Shown here piece by piece: positions 38,001 through 46,918 of a DNA stretch of 64,000 nt. Under the pieces are notes generated by a model. It did no database searches. It had not been told where the DNA came from and was given only the letters and a program-made list of their open reading frames with translations. Source of the DNA: a virus; the IMG/VR virus record IMGVR_UViG_3300046170_000494, positions 96,001 to 160,000 of that record; one strand, 5' to 3'. Each line of letters starts with the position of its first letter. The stretch's first letter is position 1. Position numbers and translations under genes: made by a program.

Positions 38001-40193
38001 ATTTGAAGGGATTAATACTTTCTTTAATTTTAAATGATACGCCCTAGAAGGTAGTTGACTAAAATTTTTACTATCAAATTTTATTTTACATAAAGCGCTA
38101 TGAGGGTAGCTTAATTTAATTGAGGATCTTTCTTGTACATCAGAAACTTGCAAAAGCCTTTGTTTTCCTATTCCTCCTACAGAATCCAATCGACTTTTAT
38201 TGTCTTCATCGTCAGTAGAATCATATTGCCCCCCACCTGTTTTAAGCGCAGGGTCATATTCTGAGCTTAATTTCACAACAGTTATAATTGTAGACCCCTG
38301 CATCGCATTATAATTTTCTTCTGGATCAAATTCTATTTCAATATCAAATTTATAAGGAGATGAAGCAATACCCTCTATTATAAAGAAATTATCTCTCGAG
38401 ATACTTAATCCTACATTAGAAGAGTCGCCATTTCCTTGGTCTGGCAATGATTTCACCCATGGATTAAAAACGCTACCAAGACTTAGAAGGTCATCTCTAG
38501 AAAGATCATCCGCAAGCTTAGCAAACGGGCCTCTCGAACTTAATGAGGATTCTTTTTTCATATCGACCAAGCCATCAACCTCTTCGGTATTTTTCCATTT
38601 TAAATAAATGTCCAATTCTTCATTAGTTATCGGACTGCCGTTTACATAAGCAAGGCCTGCTCTAATTCGACCTTCAGGTGTGTTGAGTCGATTTGATTTA
38701 GAGAAACCTTTTCCTAAAGAAATTTTCGACGATTTAGCTGAAGAATTTATATAATTAGCGACTTTCACATAAGTATTTTTTTCCTCTGCAAATTCCGCAG
38801 CCCTTTGCGATTCTTCTATTCGTTCAATTTCTTGTTGTTTTCTCATCTCAGCATAATTTAATTCAACAATATCTCCCTCCTTGTCATAAAATTTTAGACT
38901 TATAACTCCCGATGAAAGATCTAATATATTAACAGGGCTTCCTTTTTTAGATATATAAACAGAGAATCTGCAAGAATTTCTTAAAGTATTACCTTGATCG
39001 TCGCTTTGAGAAAGCTGCACGGCCATAGTGATAATGCATTTATTTATAAATTGATTTCTTATTGCGTGAGTAAATTTTTTAGCTCCATTATTTACAGCGT
39101 CTTGAGCGAAAGTGTATTCTGATTTTTTCTCACCATTATCATATGGACTTGCACCATAAAGAAGAGTGTCATATTCGATTACATATGACACCTCATCAGT
39201 CATTATTTTATACTCATAATCATTGCCGTAAGATATTTCTGGCATTTCTTCCTCTTCATTAAGAACGAAATTAAAGCTGCCTTCCTCAAGGGAGCTTGTA
39301 GCAATTGTTTTTCTTCCAAATCCCTTCCTTTTTTTTCTTGTAGATGTAGTAAAAGTTGATGGATTTTTTACAGGCACTCCATTAAGAAAAATTCCTTCGC
39401 GAATATCATTCCCACTTATAGCTCCTCCAGCTTGACTCACAAACCCTTCAATAGGGCCTTCGGATAATAAATCTATATATTCTACATTAGTATAAGACTC
39501 CAAAGACAGATCGCTTTTGCTATTCGATTTAAGAATATGCGTACTTTTTTTTGCATCTATAGTAGTAGACCCAACTTGTAGCCTCCCATAACCTAAAGGA
39601 ACAGGAATACCTTGAGCCGTTTTATTCTGAGAGGATGAAAGCAAATATGATTTTGTTGAAATTTGCTTTCCTGGTTTAGGTGGCTCAGGGGGCTTAAATA
39701 GAGCTTGCATCACAAAACTGATTGCAACACTTACTGCGATAGCTTTTATAAATCCTGCCGCAGTAAAACCTCCTGCTGCTCCTGCTCCTGCACCAAGACC
39801 CATCGCAGAACCTAAAGTGCCAAGACCAGTCATTAATGCGGAGCCGATTCCAACTGCAGCAGTAGCAACGGCTGATGCAAATCCTACAATAGCGCTTACT
39901 ACAAATCCTCCTTGAATTGCGCAAACTAAATGAATCTCTTTATTTTTGTATTTCATTTCAAAATCTTTGGGCAAAACAACATCTTCAGGGGATATACTTT
40001 CCTTATTTTTAGGCTCGTACTTTGAGAGCATAATATACTCAGTTCCTTCCGACTTTAATTTATACATATGCTCAAAAAACCCGTCCAGATTACATTCTAG
40101 AGCCCACATAAGCTCAGGGATAGTTTTTGCGTCAACCTCTAATTTATGCACAAACTTCTTACCTAAATCTCCATGTAAATAAACCGTCTTCAT
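35007..40193 (-). CDS. tail tip protein: gpI-like domain fused to gpJ-like host-specificity core
   Basis: MKTVYLHGDLGKKF...EIHLV (gpI); VPLGYGRLQVGS, DLLSEGPIEG, WTDNPAWIFYDL..NPRYGLG, IDKWQLYKAAKYCDELV, EPRFTC, SETQARRLARW, FRVLSVKE...EYNDSKF (gpJ). Confidence 0.92.
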   Translation of the reverse strand: MKTVYLHGDLGKKFVHKLEVDAKTIPELMWALECNLDGFFEHMYKLKSEGTEYIMLSKYEPKNKESISPEDVVLPKDFEMKYKNKEIHLVCAIQGGFVVSAIVGFASAVATAAVGIGSALMTGLGTLGSAMGLGAGAGAAGGFTAAGFIKAIAVSVAISFVMQALFKPPEPPKPGKQISTKSYLLSSSQNKTAQGIPVPLGYGRLQVGSTTIDAKKSTHILKSNSKSDLSLESYTNVEYIDLLSEGPIEGFVSQAGGAISGNDIREGIFLNGVPVKNPSTFTTSTRKKRKGFGRKTIATSSLEEGSFNFVLNEEEEMPEISYGNDYEYKIMTDEVSYVIEYDTLLYGASPYDNGEKKSEYTFAQDAVNNGAKKFTHAIRNQFINKCIITMAVQLSQSDDQGNTLRNSCRFSVYISKKGSPVNILDLSSGVISLKFYDKEGDIVELNYAEMRKQQEIERIEESQRAAEFAEEKNTYVKVANYINSSAKSSKISLGKGFSKSNRLNTPEGRIRAGLAYVNGSPITNEELDIYLKWKNTEEVDGLVDMKKESSLSSRGPFAKLADDLSRDDLLSLGSVFNPWVKSLPDQGNGDSSNVGLSISRDNFFIIEGIASSPYKFDIEIEFDPEENYNAMQGSTIITVVKLSSEYDPALKTGGGQYDSTDDEDNKSRLDSVGGIGKQRLLQVSDVQERSSIKLSYPHSALCKIKFDSKNFSQLPSRAYHLKLKKVLIPSNYDPISRKYKGPWNGFFKGQTIDGSSVNDISDEFRYWTDNPAWIFYDLVQNPRYGLGKYGLEEYNIDKWQLYKAAKYCDELVETRHPPETLTFSPRSCVTNNNISNQEGDGEEGSFEISFHQNGFYNSNGSDVEYTSYSEGEFRKDFGEGVEFQGLKVAIFMYQHNFSESTMQQTNARQLVRKNSCVRRGEIVIEERVLKESNPAKKSITVFGPSLEEIPSTFSINGKRRTLGAACLQKNYPVIEPRFTCSTYLHERGEALTVMNNLASVFRGIIGYDFGKILTIQDSQKDPIILFNNSNIDRETGFMYSGMDKNKKFTSCLVRFNNKNKNYKPDLVYEEDSAAMRVYGYQENEVMGLGITSETQARRLARWVLYSSQLENEKISFTTSEEGSYLYPGAIFEVSDENRAGKNMSGRVLDISSFEGESPYILIDKSAKDFVSINKVEFSVNVGLPFLTDKIIDGRASSHKSSEDQDAEIESYNTPQFIKFQASIGVNENINKFGPQGQKTILSNLMVKVPFSVDLNKNVIKAYNHNLENGDRVRFISSGLLPAGLDKLRVGSSSYFVVNAGLHTFQVALTLNGDHINISDRGRDQFSNTGGLHYFAVESQSFTQRYIDQIEIGASYSLQGIFGSEITEQATHNPNDLENYFIFTSEIETNWYESLMFGTVNIPSDNGFIFSASLGWIYVGSMNYSRNDDNEFFWFWSAEFGWVSTTNNLYNQYWWSSNDQKWIYVKFLQTGSNFSPLMFFVFQENHNYSKNDIYSIPDGGDFSILHAAASSGFWITSKANMGSSQIQQFLGVTPSEVEAELTLQDVQRNPAYHSAVISDWEKVSSLNNDVTNMDALRIKFESGHGLDFFKNNKITIRDFDSSSSNLDDNVINKTWNIIFISNDEIELIDSHNAYLIFDVTINDKGSVEYIESIQNRLFRSFESQLFRVLSVKEVEDRKFEVNGMEYNDSKFDSVDKNLSIKMPALPIPPQADMSLPEPPENLVLTDLTI

Positions 40194-40217
40194 CCTTATA
40201 CCTTAAGCTTATTACAC
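40194..40217 (-). promoter_or_regulatory. putative late promoter GTGTAA with 18-nt leader containing AAGG-tat-AAGG
   Basis: minus strand GTGTAA-TAAGCTTAAGGTATAAGG-ATG. Confidence 0.55.
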
Positions 40218-40525
40218 TAATTATTTAAAAAATAAAAACTATCATCAATAACTCCATAAATTAAAAAAGGGATGTCAATTTGCTTCTGGAAGATGATATC
40301 AGTTCTTGATGGTTTACACGTTCCTATCACATGAGAATGATAAATACATGAAACATCTTTTTCAATTAATAATATTGGATTTATAAAAAAATGATATTTC
40401 GGTTTTTTACTTAAATTTTTACAATAATAAACTTCCCCATTCTCAATAAAGCCGCATACTTCTTCATTCAAATTTTGTAAAGCGTATTCTTTAATTTTTT
40501 CCTTAATCTCTTTTGAAATTATCAT
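40217..40525 (-). CDS. gpK-like tail assembly protein, JAB/MPN domain only
   Basis: EEVCGFI...KN...HFFINP...YHSHVIGTCKPSRTD is a complete E..HSH-x7-S-x2-D motif; lies between L and I. Confidence 0.88.
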   Translation of the reverse strand: MIISKEIKEKIKEYALQNLNEEVCGFIENGEVYYCKNLSKKPKYHFFINPILLIEKDVSCIYHSHVIGTCKPSRTDIIFQKQIDIPFLIYGVIDDSFYFLNN

Positions 40526-41598
40526 CCCTCAATTGGAAATCTTTCTGTGCCAGGAAAACCTCCAAACGGAAGAGAATTATTTTTTGATTTATTGTATTCT
40601 TGTAATTCTTTGCCAAACCTTAGTTGACAAGCATCTAAAGTCTTACGGCATTCGTCTTTTATCCAGTAATCGTTATCAATAAAAGGGTGATGCTCTTTAG
40701 CGATTTCGTGTGCTTGAACACATACAAAAACATTAGGGGTTGTCCTGTAAGGGTTATTAGAGCCTTTTCCTATAATTTTTACTATATCTCCCAAGGAATA
40801 GCCATTTATATTTTGTGGGTTACCATTTTTGCCATATCGATTCCACTCGGGAATATCATTAAAACTCAAACTACTATCAATACTTCCTCCCGCTCCTGCT
40901 TTATTTTTGTTTTTAGCAAAACCAGCTATTAAGCTAGTTTCGTCCGAAGCCTCTATAGGAAGTCCTTTGTACCCACAACCTATACTGCACCTATATTTCC
41001 AAGTACAATAAGCAGACAAAACAGTTCTTGCAGGAACAAATGCGTTTTCGAGTTCTAAAGCAGAAACTAATTCAAGTTCAATTAAGTTTTTAGCATCTAA
41101 TATTTTTTTATTCACAAAAAATATATCATCAGGAAAATGAGCGTCAGCATCAGGAGAGCCAAAATGATTATCTCCGGCATCATTGGTGTTTCTGTTGAGA
41201 TAATTTTCTGCATCCAAAAATCTAGCATAAGTTCTTTTTCTTGAAATTTTACAATTAGCAAAATCCTTATTAGTTTTTAGTATCAAAGAGAAAATGCCAT
41301 CTGGATTAGCGATTTTAAGTCGAGGTCTAGGAAGCTTCCCGTCTCCGGTTTTTTCAAAACCATCTGTTTCTATAGGTAAAGGTTGATACGCTTTACCTTG
41401 CCAATAAATTGGATTAGCGCCATTAATCATACCGCAAAATCTATATATGGAACTGTCCCCAAAATTAATATCAGCAATATCATTAAAATAAGCAACATTT
41501 TCTTGCATAATACTAAAATCTATCTCATATAGCTCTATAAGAGCATCAGGAGCTATAGAAAGCATTTGCTTTGATAGATTTGATGTTGATTTACTCAT
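40522..41598 (-). CDS. gpL-like minor tail protein with four conserved Cys (Fe-S ligands in lambda gpL)
   Basis: LIELYEIDF, WQGKAYQPLPIETDGFE..GDGKLPRPRLKIAN, RKRTYARFLD, YCTWKYR...CGYKG...DECRKTLDACQLRFG...LPFGGFPG. Confidence 0.92.
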   Translation of the reverse strand: MSKSTSNLSKQMLSIAPDALIELYEIDFSIMQENVAYFNDIADINFGDSSIYRFCGMINGANPIYWQGKAYQPLPIETDGFEKTGDGKLPRPRLKIANPDGIFSLILKTNKDFANCKISRKRTYARFLDAENYLNRNTNDAGDNHFGSPDADAHFPDDIFFVNKKILDAKNLIELELVSALELENAFVPARTVLSAYCTWKYRCSIGCGYKGLPIEASDETSLIAGFAKNKNKAGAGGSIDSSLSFNDIPEWNRYGKNGNPQNINGYSLGDIVKIIGKGSNNPYRTTPNVFVCVQAHEIAKEHHPFIDNDYWIKDECRKTLDACQLRFGKELQEYNKSKNNSLPFGGFPGTERFPIEG

Positions 41599-44500
41599 TT
41601 ACTTCTATATATATTTGAATTTGACCTTCTTGTGGACTTAGAAATGTATCACTGTTTATTATAACATTTTGAGAAAAATATCTATTTTGTTTAGATAAAA
41701 CAACCTTATCCGTTTCATAATCACTAGCCGAATGAACTTGATGATAATAATAATTAAATAAGTCAGCGTGGTATTTCACATAAGCTTCGTAATCATTTGA
41801 TCCATTTACTGTAGGCATAAATCTACCTTCGCCATTTCCATTGTTTTGCCAATGATTTTCTCCCCATGAAGCCATGGAAGTTGCGCTTGATTTCAAAGTT
41901 CTTACTAAAATTTCATCATTATTTTGATCCACAAGGAAATCTTCTATATCTAAACTTGAAGGAAGGTAAACTACATAAAGATAACCTCTTTGACCAGGCT
42001 TTAACTTATTTGTTTTTCTAATAGAAGTAAATATAGAAGATATAAAGTAACTAGATTCAGAATAGTTTGTGGATTGCCCAGCAGTAATTCTCTTTATATC
42101 TCCATTATTTCTTTGAAAATATTCATTCAATTCAACTCCATTTGCATCAACTTCTGTAAAATATTCGCCACCCTCAATCCCATTATCATAACCCTCTAAC
42201 CTTATTGTTTTACCGTTAAGGCCAAAAGGTAGGTTATGTGGAAAGGAAGCGTCGTATGAAGGAATTGGATATGTGTAATCTTCTTTAGATAATTCTTCTT
42301 CAACTATAATAGCCGGATTATTTGGCGCATTTCCTAAAATAGAAAAATTAACATCATTTGAATTTGTATCTAGCGATATTGAACTTATATTTACGGTTTC
42401 TCCTCCAACATTCTCTAAAAACATTTTTTTCCTTAAAACTTTATTTGGGTTTATATTATCGTCGCCTAATTTAGATGCAAAAATCAAAGGGTTAGTAAAG
42501 TGTAATTCACCCGGCCCAACAATTGGCTGTGTTGAAAAATTAGTTAATGTTTGCGCTTCAAAATTAAATGGATATTGCTCGAAAACTGCGGTTATATCAT
42601 GATTATTTTTATATTTATAAGTATGATCCCAGGATTGGCATACAAAATTTTGCGGAGCTTCATATGGAGCTGGGGGAGAAAATAAAAATGGAATATAACC
42701 TAAATGACTTTCTAAAAAATGAAGTATAGCATAAGCCTCTTCGTCGCTTCTATTATTAAATTTTAAATTTAATTTCAGTAAACTTTCATTAATTCCATCG
42801 TTATAGATCTGAGTATACTTAGAACTTAAAGAAACTGTATTCAACCTAGGTTTTTGATTAACATTTAAACCTATAGAAGGTAGCCAAAAAAATTCTCTAG
42901 TCCAATACTCTTTATTAATATCAGCATATTCACCGCTAGCCCTAGTCCATTCAGAATTTTTTATTACTGGATCCTTGCCGGCGACACCTGTTTGATTATA
43001 CCAATAATAATATTGATTATTTATTTCTGAATATGCAATATCATTTTTTTGATAAGTTTCACTACTATCATAGCTAGGAGCTCTTTTAGTGAACAATGAT
43101 TCTCCTTTGTTTAGAATAGAAGTATTTAAATTAGTTAAGCTAAGACTTATATTATTACTATCTTCAAAATTCAATGAATGATTAAAATTTCCGCAATAAA
43201 ATGTTTTAGATTGATTACTTAAAGAATCATAAGGATGAAACGTTGAATTTCCATCCCACCTAAATCCAGAAATTCCTTGAGAATATTTTAAATAACTTAT
43301 ATTTTTATCTTTTTCTAATTGACCAAGATGATTTTCTACAAAATGAATAATTGCATTAGCCTCTTTATTAGTTCTATTTGCAAATTTTAAATTAGCTTGA
43401 AATTTCAAAGAGTTAGTTGAAACCGGAAACAATTTATAATAACCATTTCCATAATCCATTCTTCTATTTTTTGCTTGAAACTGAACATTAGATCCGTAAT
43501 CCGCATCGAAGAAAAACCTATCGGTAACCCAACTATCACTACCATTAGGGTCTTCATTTATTGCGGTTAAAATAATTTCATGAGAGCCAGCTTCTTCAAA
43601 AGAATTAATAGTTATTTGATCAGTTAGACCTTGAACCTGAATTCTATCATATTTACCATCCCCTGCGCGGACAGTTTCATCAAGATTAGGAAGGCTTTTT
43701 GGAGACTGATTTTGAGTAGAGTCTGCGCGTATTTGATAATTCTTATCTATAATATAATATTTTTGATCATTATAATTATAAAACGCTCCATGCACTGTTT
43801 TAACTTGTGGTAGTTTATAACAATATATCCAACTATCACTACCCAAAACGTCAAAGACCTCATCTTGTTCAAAATCGTCTTGCCCTAATATATAAAAAAA
43901 GCTACTTCCTCTCCTTCTATATTGGCCATTTTCAGGAATTGTATTATATTCATCCCTTGAAATCCTTAAGTTTTCCCACGAGTCAAGGAAATTATCTTGA
44001 TCATCTCTCATATTCTCCCCGTTTTTGTCTTGAAACAATACTTCGGTTAAACCTGTAAGATCATGTAAATCACTCGCGCTTGAAACAGCATAAAAATAAG
44101 AACTGTCAATTTTTAAAAAACCATTAGATGCAGAGTTTTCGTTACCTATTGAACCTTTATCAGCAAGAATCCAAACTCCGTTACCTTTTCCTATACTAGA
44201 ATCGCTTCTACTATTATCCTGATTCTTCCAAAACCAAAATTTCTGTAGATAAACCCCATTTTCTTTAACAGGTATAATATATATCCACCCCCAAAAATAA
44301 TGACGAATCCACCCATTATTACTTTTAGACATAAAAAATTTACGATTATCAATCTCAGTACTTTCGTCTTTATTTGCAAGCATAAACCAAGACGATCTAT
44401 AACGACCTCTCCCAAGAGCATTAGCATCTAAAGTATCTCTAATTGTGCCATCTGAATTTATATCTAAATCGGTCGCAAAATTTTTATCAATATTTATAAC

Positions 44501-44872
44501 ATTATATAAACCTGAAGCGTCTTGAATCGATCCTTCTAGATTTATAGTTTGTCCTACTTTGATAGAATTGCCTAAAGCATCTGTCTTATTATGATCATCA
44601 AGTATATAATGCGAGGTTCGCCCATTTACAGTTGGCCCATCAGGGTCTAAAGAAAATCTATGAGAGCCAGATAAAATAGCTCCACCACCATAGGACATAT
44701 CTTCGGTAGCGTAATAAAATAACCCATCACCAGTATTATATACAAAATCAAATTTTTCATAAGAAGCTCCGGCTTGAAATATTCCCGAATAATTAGAAGT
44801 ATGAGTTATTCTTTCATGAGAATACTTCGCAGTTGAACTTTGATTATATGATTCGGGAAAAGGTAGTGTCAT
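41591..44872 (-). CDS. distal tail protein with two tandem gpM-like domains plus accessory domains
   Basis: domain 1 FFFDADYG...DYGNGYY...NSL...LKFANRTNKEANAIIHFVENHLG; domain 2 FFWLPSIG...DGINESL...FNNRSDEEAYAILHFLESHLGYIPFLFSPP...FVCQSW...ITAVFEQ. Confidence 0.85.
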   Translation of the reverse strand: MTLPFPESYNQSSTAKYSHERITHTSNYSGIFQAGASYEKFDFVYNTGDGLFYYATEDMSYGGGAILSGSHRFSLDPDGPTVNGRTSHYILDDHNKTDALGNSIKVGQTINLEGSIQDASGLYNVINIDKNFATDLDINSDGTIRDTLDANALGRGRYRSSWFMLANKDESTEIDNRKFFMSKSNNGWIRHYFWGWIYIIPVKENGVYLQKFWFWKNQDNSRSDSSIGKGNGVWILADKGSIGNENSASNGFLKIDSSYFYAVSSASDLHDLTGLTEVLFQDKNGENMRDDQDNFLDSWENLRISRDEYNTIPENGQYRRRGSSFFYILGQDDFEQDEVFDVLGSDSWIYCYKLPQVKTVHGAFYNYNDQKYYIIDKNYQIRADSTQNQSPKSLPNLDETVRAGDGKYDRIQVQGLTDQITINSFEEAGSHEIILTAINEDPNGSDSWVTDRFFFDADYGSNVQFQAKNRRMDYGNGYYKLFPVSTNSLKFQANLKFANRTNKEANAIIHFVENHLGQLEKDKNISYLKYSQGISGFRWDGNSTFHPYDSLSNQSKTFYCGNFNHSLNFEDSNNISLSLTNLNTSILNKGESLFTKRAPSYDSSETYQKNDIAYSEINNQYYYWYNQTGVAGKDPVIKNSEWTRASGEYADINKEYWTREFFWLPSIGLNVNQKPRLNTVSLSSKYTQIYNDGINESLLKLNLKFNNRSDEEAYAILHFLESHLGYIPFLFSPPAPYEAPQNFVCQSWDHTYKYKNNHDITAVFEQYPFNFEAQTLTNFSTQPIVGPGELHFTNPLIFASKLGDDNINPNKVLRKKMFLENVGGETVNISSISLDTNSNDVNFSILGNAPNNPAIIVEEELSKEDYTYPIPSYDASFPHNLPFGLNGKTIRLEGYDNGIEGGEYFTEVDANGVELNEYFQRNNGDIKRITAGQSTNYSESSYFISSIFTSIRKTNKLKPGQRGYLYVVYLPSSLDIEDFLVDQNNDEILVRTLKSSATSMASWGENHWQNNGNGEGRFMPTVNGSNDYEAYVKYHADLFNYYYHQVHSASDYETDKVVLSKQNRYFSQNVIINSDTFLSPQEGQIQIYIEVNE

Positions 44873-45792
44873 TTAATTACCTCCTTGATAGTCATAGATC
44901 CTTTTGCATAACTACCTTCTGAAACTTGTAGCGATTGAGTATGTATCTTACCAGATGTCGAAAATTTTGCAACTTGCTCTCCAGTTAGTCCATATAAATA
45001 AGCAGTGATTGTCGAATTATTCAACCCAAAAGGGGTTGAACCATTTTGTTGATCGCCATAAGGATTAAGGTTAGGAATAAGTTCGTTAGATTCAATATTC
45101 ATTTCGCTAGTGATATTTTCTGCGGTAATTCTATATGGAGTTGCTCCCTCTGATCTCGTGTTTACAGAAGTATGTTCGTTATCTCGAATATGGCTATGAA
45201 CTTTTCTTGTCACATTTATATTATATTTTAGATTACTAATCTCAAATTGCCTTCCTATTGCGCTTGCTGCGCTAGCCCCACTTATTTTAACATTACCAAA
45301 TGATTGTAATCCGTGAGCAAAATCTACAACAGGTTGAGAAAATCTATCTATAGCTTCTTCATATCTTTTAATTGTTCCATATATATCATAAACTGCAGTA
45401 GCTATTAAATTTTTAAATGGAGCCAAAGTAAAACTAAAGCTTTTTAAAAACATGCCATCAAATTTATACCTTCCAACAATATTATCATCAATAGGATTGT
45501 CTGACATACCAGCTTTAATTTCGAACATTTTTTCTATTGAATTAGGATTCTTATTAATTAAGAAAGTTTCAGCAGATATATAAAAATTTATTTCTAATTG
45601 CCCTTGAAGCATTCCAACCGGATAAAATTCAACAAATTGAGTTGGCGCACCGCATATACTAAGATCTGTTCTGCCGTAAACTTTTTCTTCAGTAAGTTTT
45701 GGAGAAATAGATAAATTTGCACTATTAGCCATAATATTCTTGCCGCCTATTTGAATACGGCTATTTTCAAATCTTAAAAATGGATCACTCAT
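44869..45792 (-). CDS. tail-tube-fold paralog (baseplate-proximal ring candidate)
   Basis: two-halved beta pattern alignable by eye with 58017..59309 (SANLSISP...FLKSFSFTLAP; ISNLKYNINVTR...TQSLQVSEG). Confidence 0.5.
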   Translation of the reverse strand: MSDPFLRFENSRIQIGGKNIMANSANLSISPKLTEEKVYGRTDLSICGAPTQFVEFYPVGMLQGQLEINFYISAETFLINKNPNSIEKMFEIKAGMSDNPIDDNIVGRYKFDGMFLKSFSFTLAPFKNLIATAVYDIYGTIKRYEEAIDRFSQPVVDFAHGLQSFGNVKISGASAASAIGRQFEISNLKYNINVTRKVHSHIRDNEHTSVNTRSEGATPYRITAENITSEMNIESNELIPNLNPYGDQQNGSTPFGLNNSTITAYLYGLTGEQVAKFSTSGKIHTQSLQVSEGSYAKGSMTIKEVIK

Positions 45793-46918
45793 CTCCGTCT
45801 ATAGAATTATGTAAAGTATCATAACCTTTATAAGTTAAAGAAATAGACATTTCTCCTTCGATAGAAGAGTTAATTGATTCTCCTATTAATCGAACATTAT
45901 GACCCGTATACGCATTAATCATTTCCTTAGTTTGTCCATCTCGAATTTCTATTGAAACTGTACTTTTCGGCGCAGATTGAATTCTATCTTTTATTTCTCT
46001 AATTTCATATTCATTAGCGATCATAGTAAAATTTATATCTGTTTCAATTGGGTATTGAGTGTCAACCTGAACAGGCTGAAGGTTAGGTACTGAAGGTTTT
46101 GATCCGGCAACCCAATCCTCTTCCGTTCCTCTAGGTAGTCCATATACTGGGGTTAAATTCAGTGTTCTTGTGAAAGAAAAATCACTAATAGCATCAATAC
46201 TGAAATCGCTAACCGTAACCCTCATGCTTGCTTGATCAGTAAATTGAGTTGGTGGGTGATTATACTGAACTATATCATCATATGAACGTTCAATCTTAAA
46301 CGCTTCCTGACCTAATCGAAGTATTATGCCTCCATCTATTATATCAGTAGGGTGTAGACTATTATATTCTTCTTCGGTTAATTCAATCGATTGATTATTA
46401 TAGGCATAACTAATATTTTCACCAACTGTATTTCCATCTGAATCGGTTAGAAATACTGAAGATGCATTCCAAGGATAATTTGTATGATTTTGATCTACAA
46501 GAGCGGTAAAGCTTTTTAACACATCTTTGCCAAGTTCGCCGTATACTGTAAAATCAGTTTGTATTTCAGGTAATTGTCCAACCGTACAAGATACTGAATA
46601 TCTATTTAATCTTGCCTGAGTAAAGCCGAAACCTTTAGTTTTGTTACTGTATAAAATTACCCCACTAATTTCGTCTTCATCAAATTTATACTTTCCTATA
46701 GAGTCGGTTTCTAGCATTGGATCTGCGCTGACCATTGTTCTATTTATAGAAAAGTTTCCTTGTAAAGGAGAATCAATTAAAGCATCAATAAAACCAACAC
46801 CAGCTACTCTAACAGGTTTCTCTGCTATACCGTAACTACCATCAACAGACTGAACGCCAGATAATGCGTATCCATTAAGAACAATAGTTTGTTCATAATT
46901 GGAATAACTACTACTCAT
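45785..46918 (-). CDS. tail-tube-fold paralog (baseplate-proximal ring candidate)
   Basis: LSGVQSVDGSY, RLNRYSVSCTVGQLPEI, YPIETDINF, VRLIGESINSSIEG parallel to motifs in 58017..59309 and 59362..60495. Confidence 0.6.
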   Translation of the reverse strand: MSSSYSNYEQTIVLNGYALSGVQSVDGSYGIAEKPVRVAGVGFIDALIDSPLQGNFSINRTMVSADPMLETDSIGKYKFDEDEISGVILYSNKTKGFGFTQARLNRYSVSCTVGQLPEIQTDFTVYGELGKDVLKSFTALVDQNHTNYPWNASSVFLTDSDGNTVGENISYAYNNQSIELTEEEYNSLHPTDIIDGGIILRLGQEAFKIERSYDDIVQYNHPPTQFTDQASMRVTVSDFSIDAISDFSFTRTLNLTPVYGLPRGTEEDWVAGSKPSVPNLQPVQVDTQYPIETDINFTMIANEYEIREIKDRIQSAPKSTVSIEIRDGQTKEMINAYTGHNVRLIGESINSSIEGEMSISLTYKGYDTLHNSIDGDE

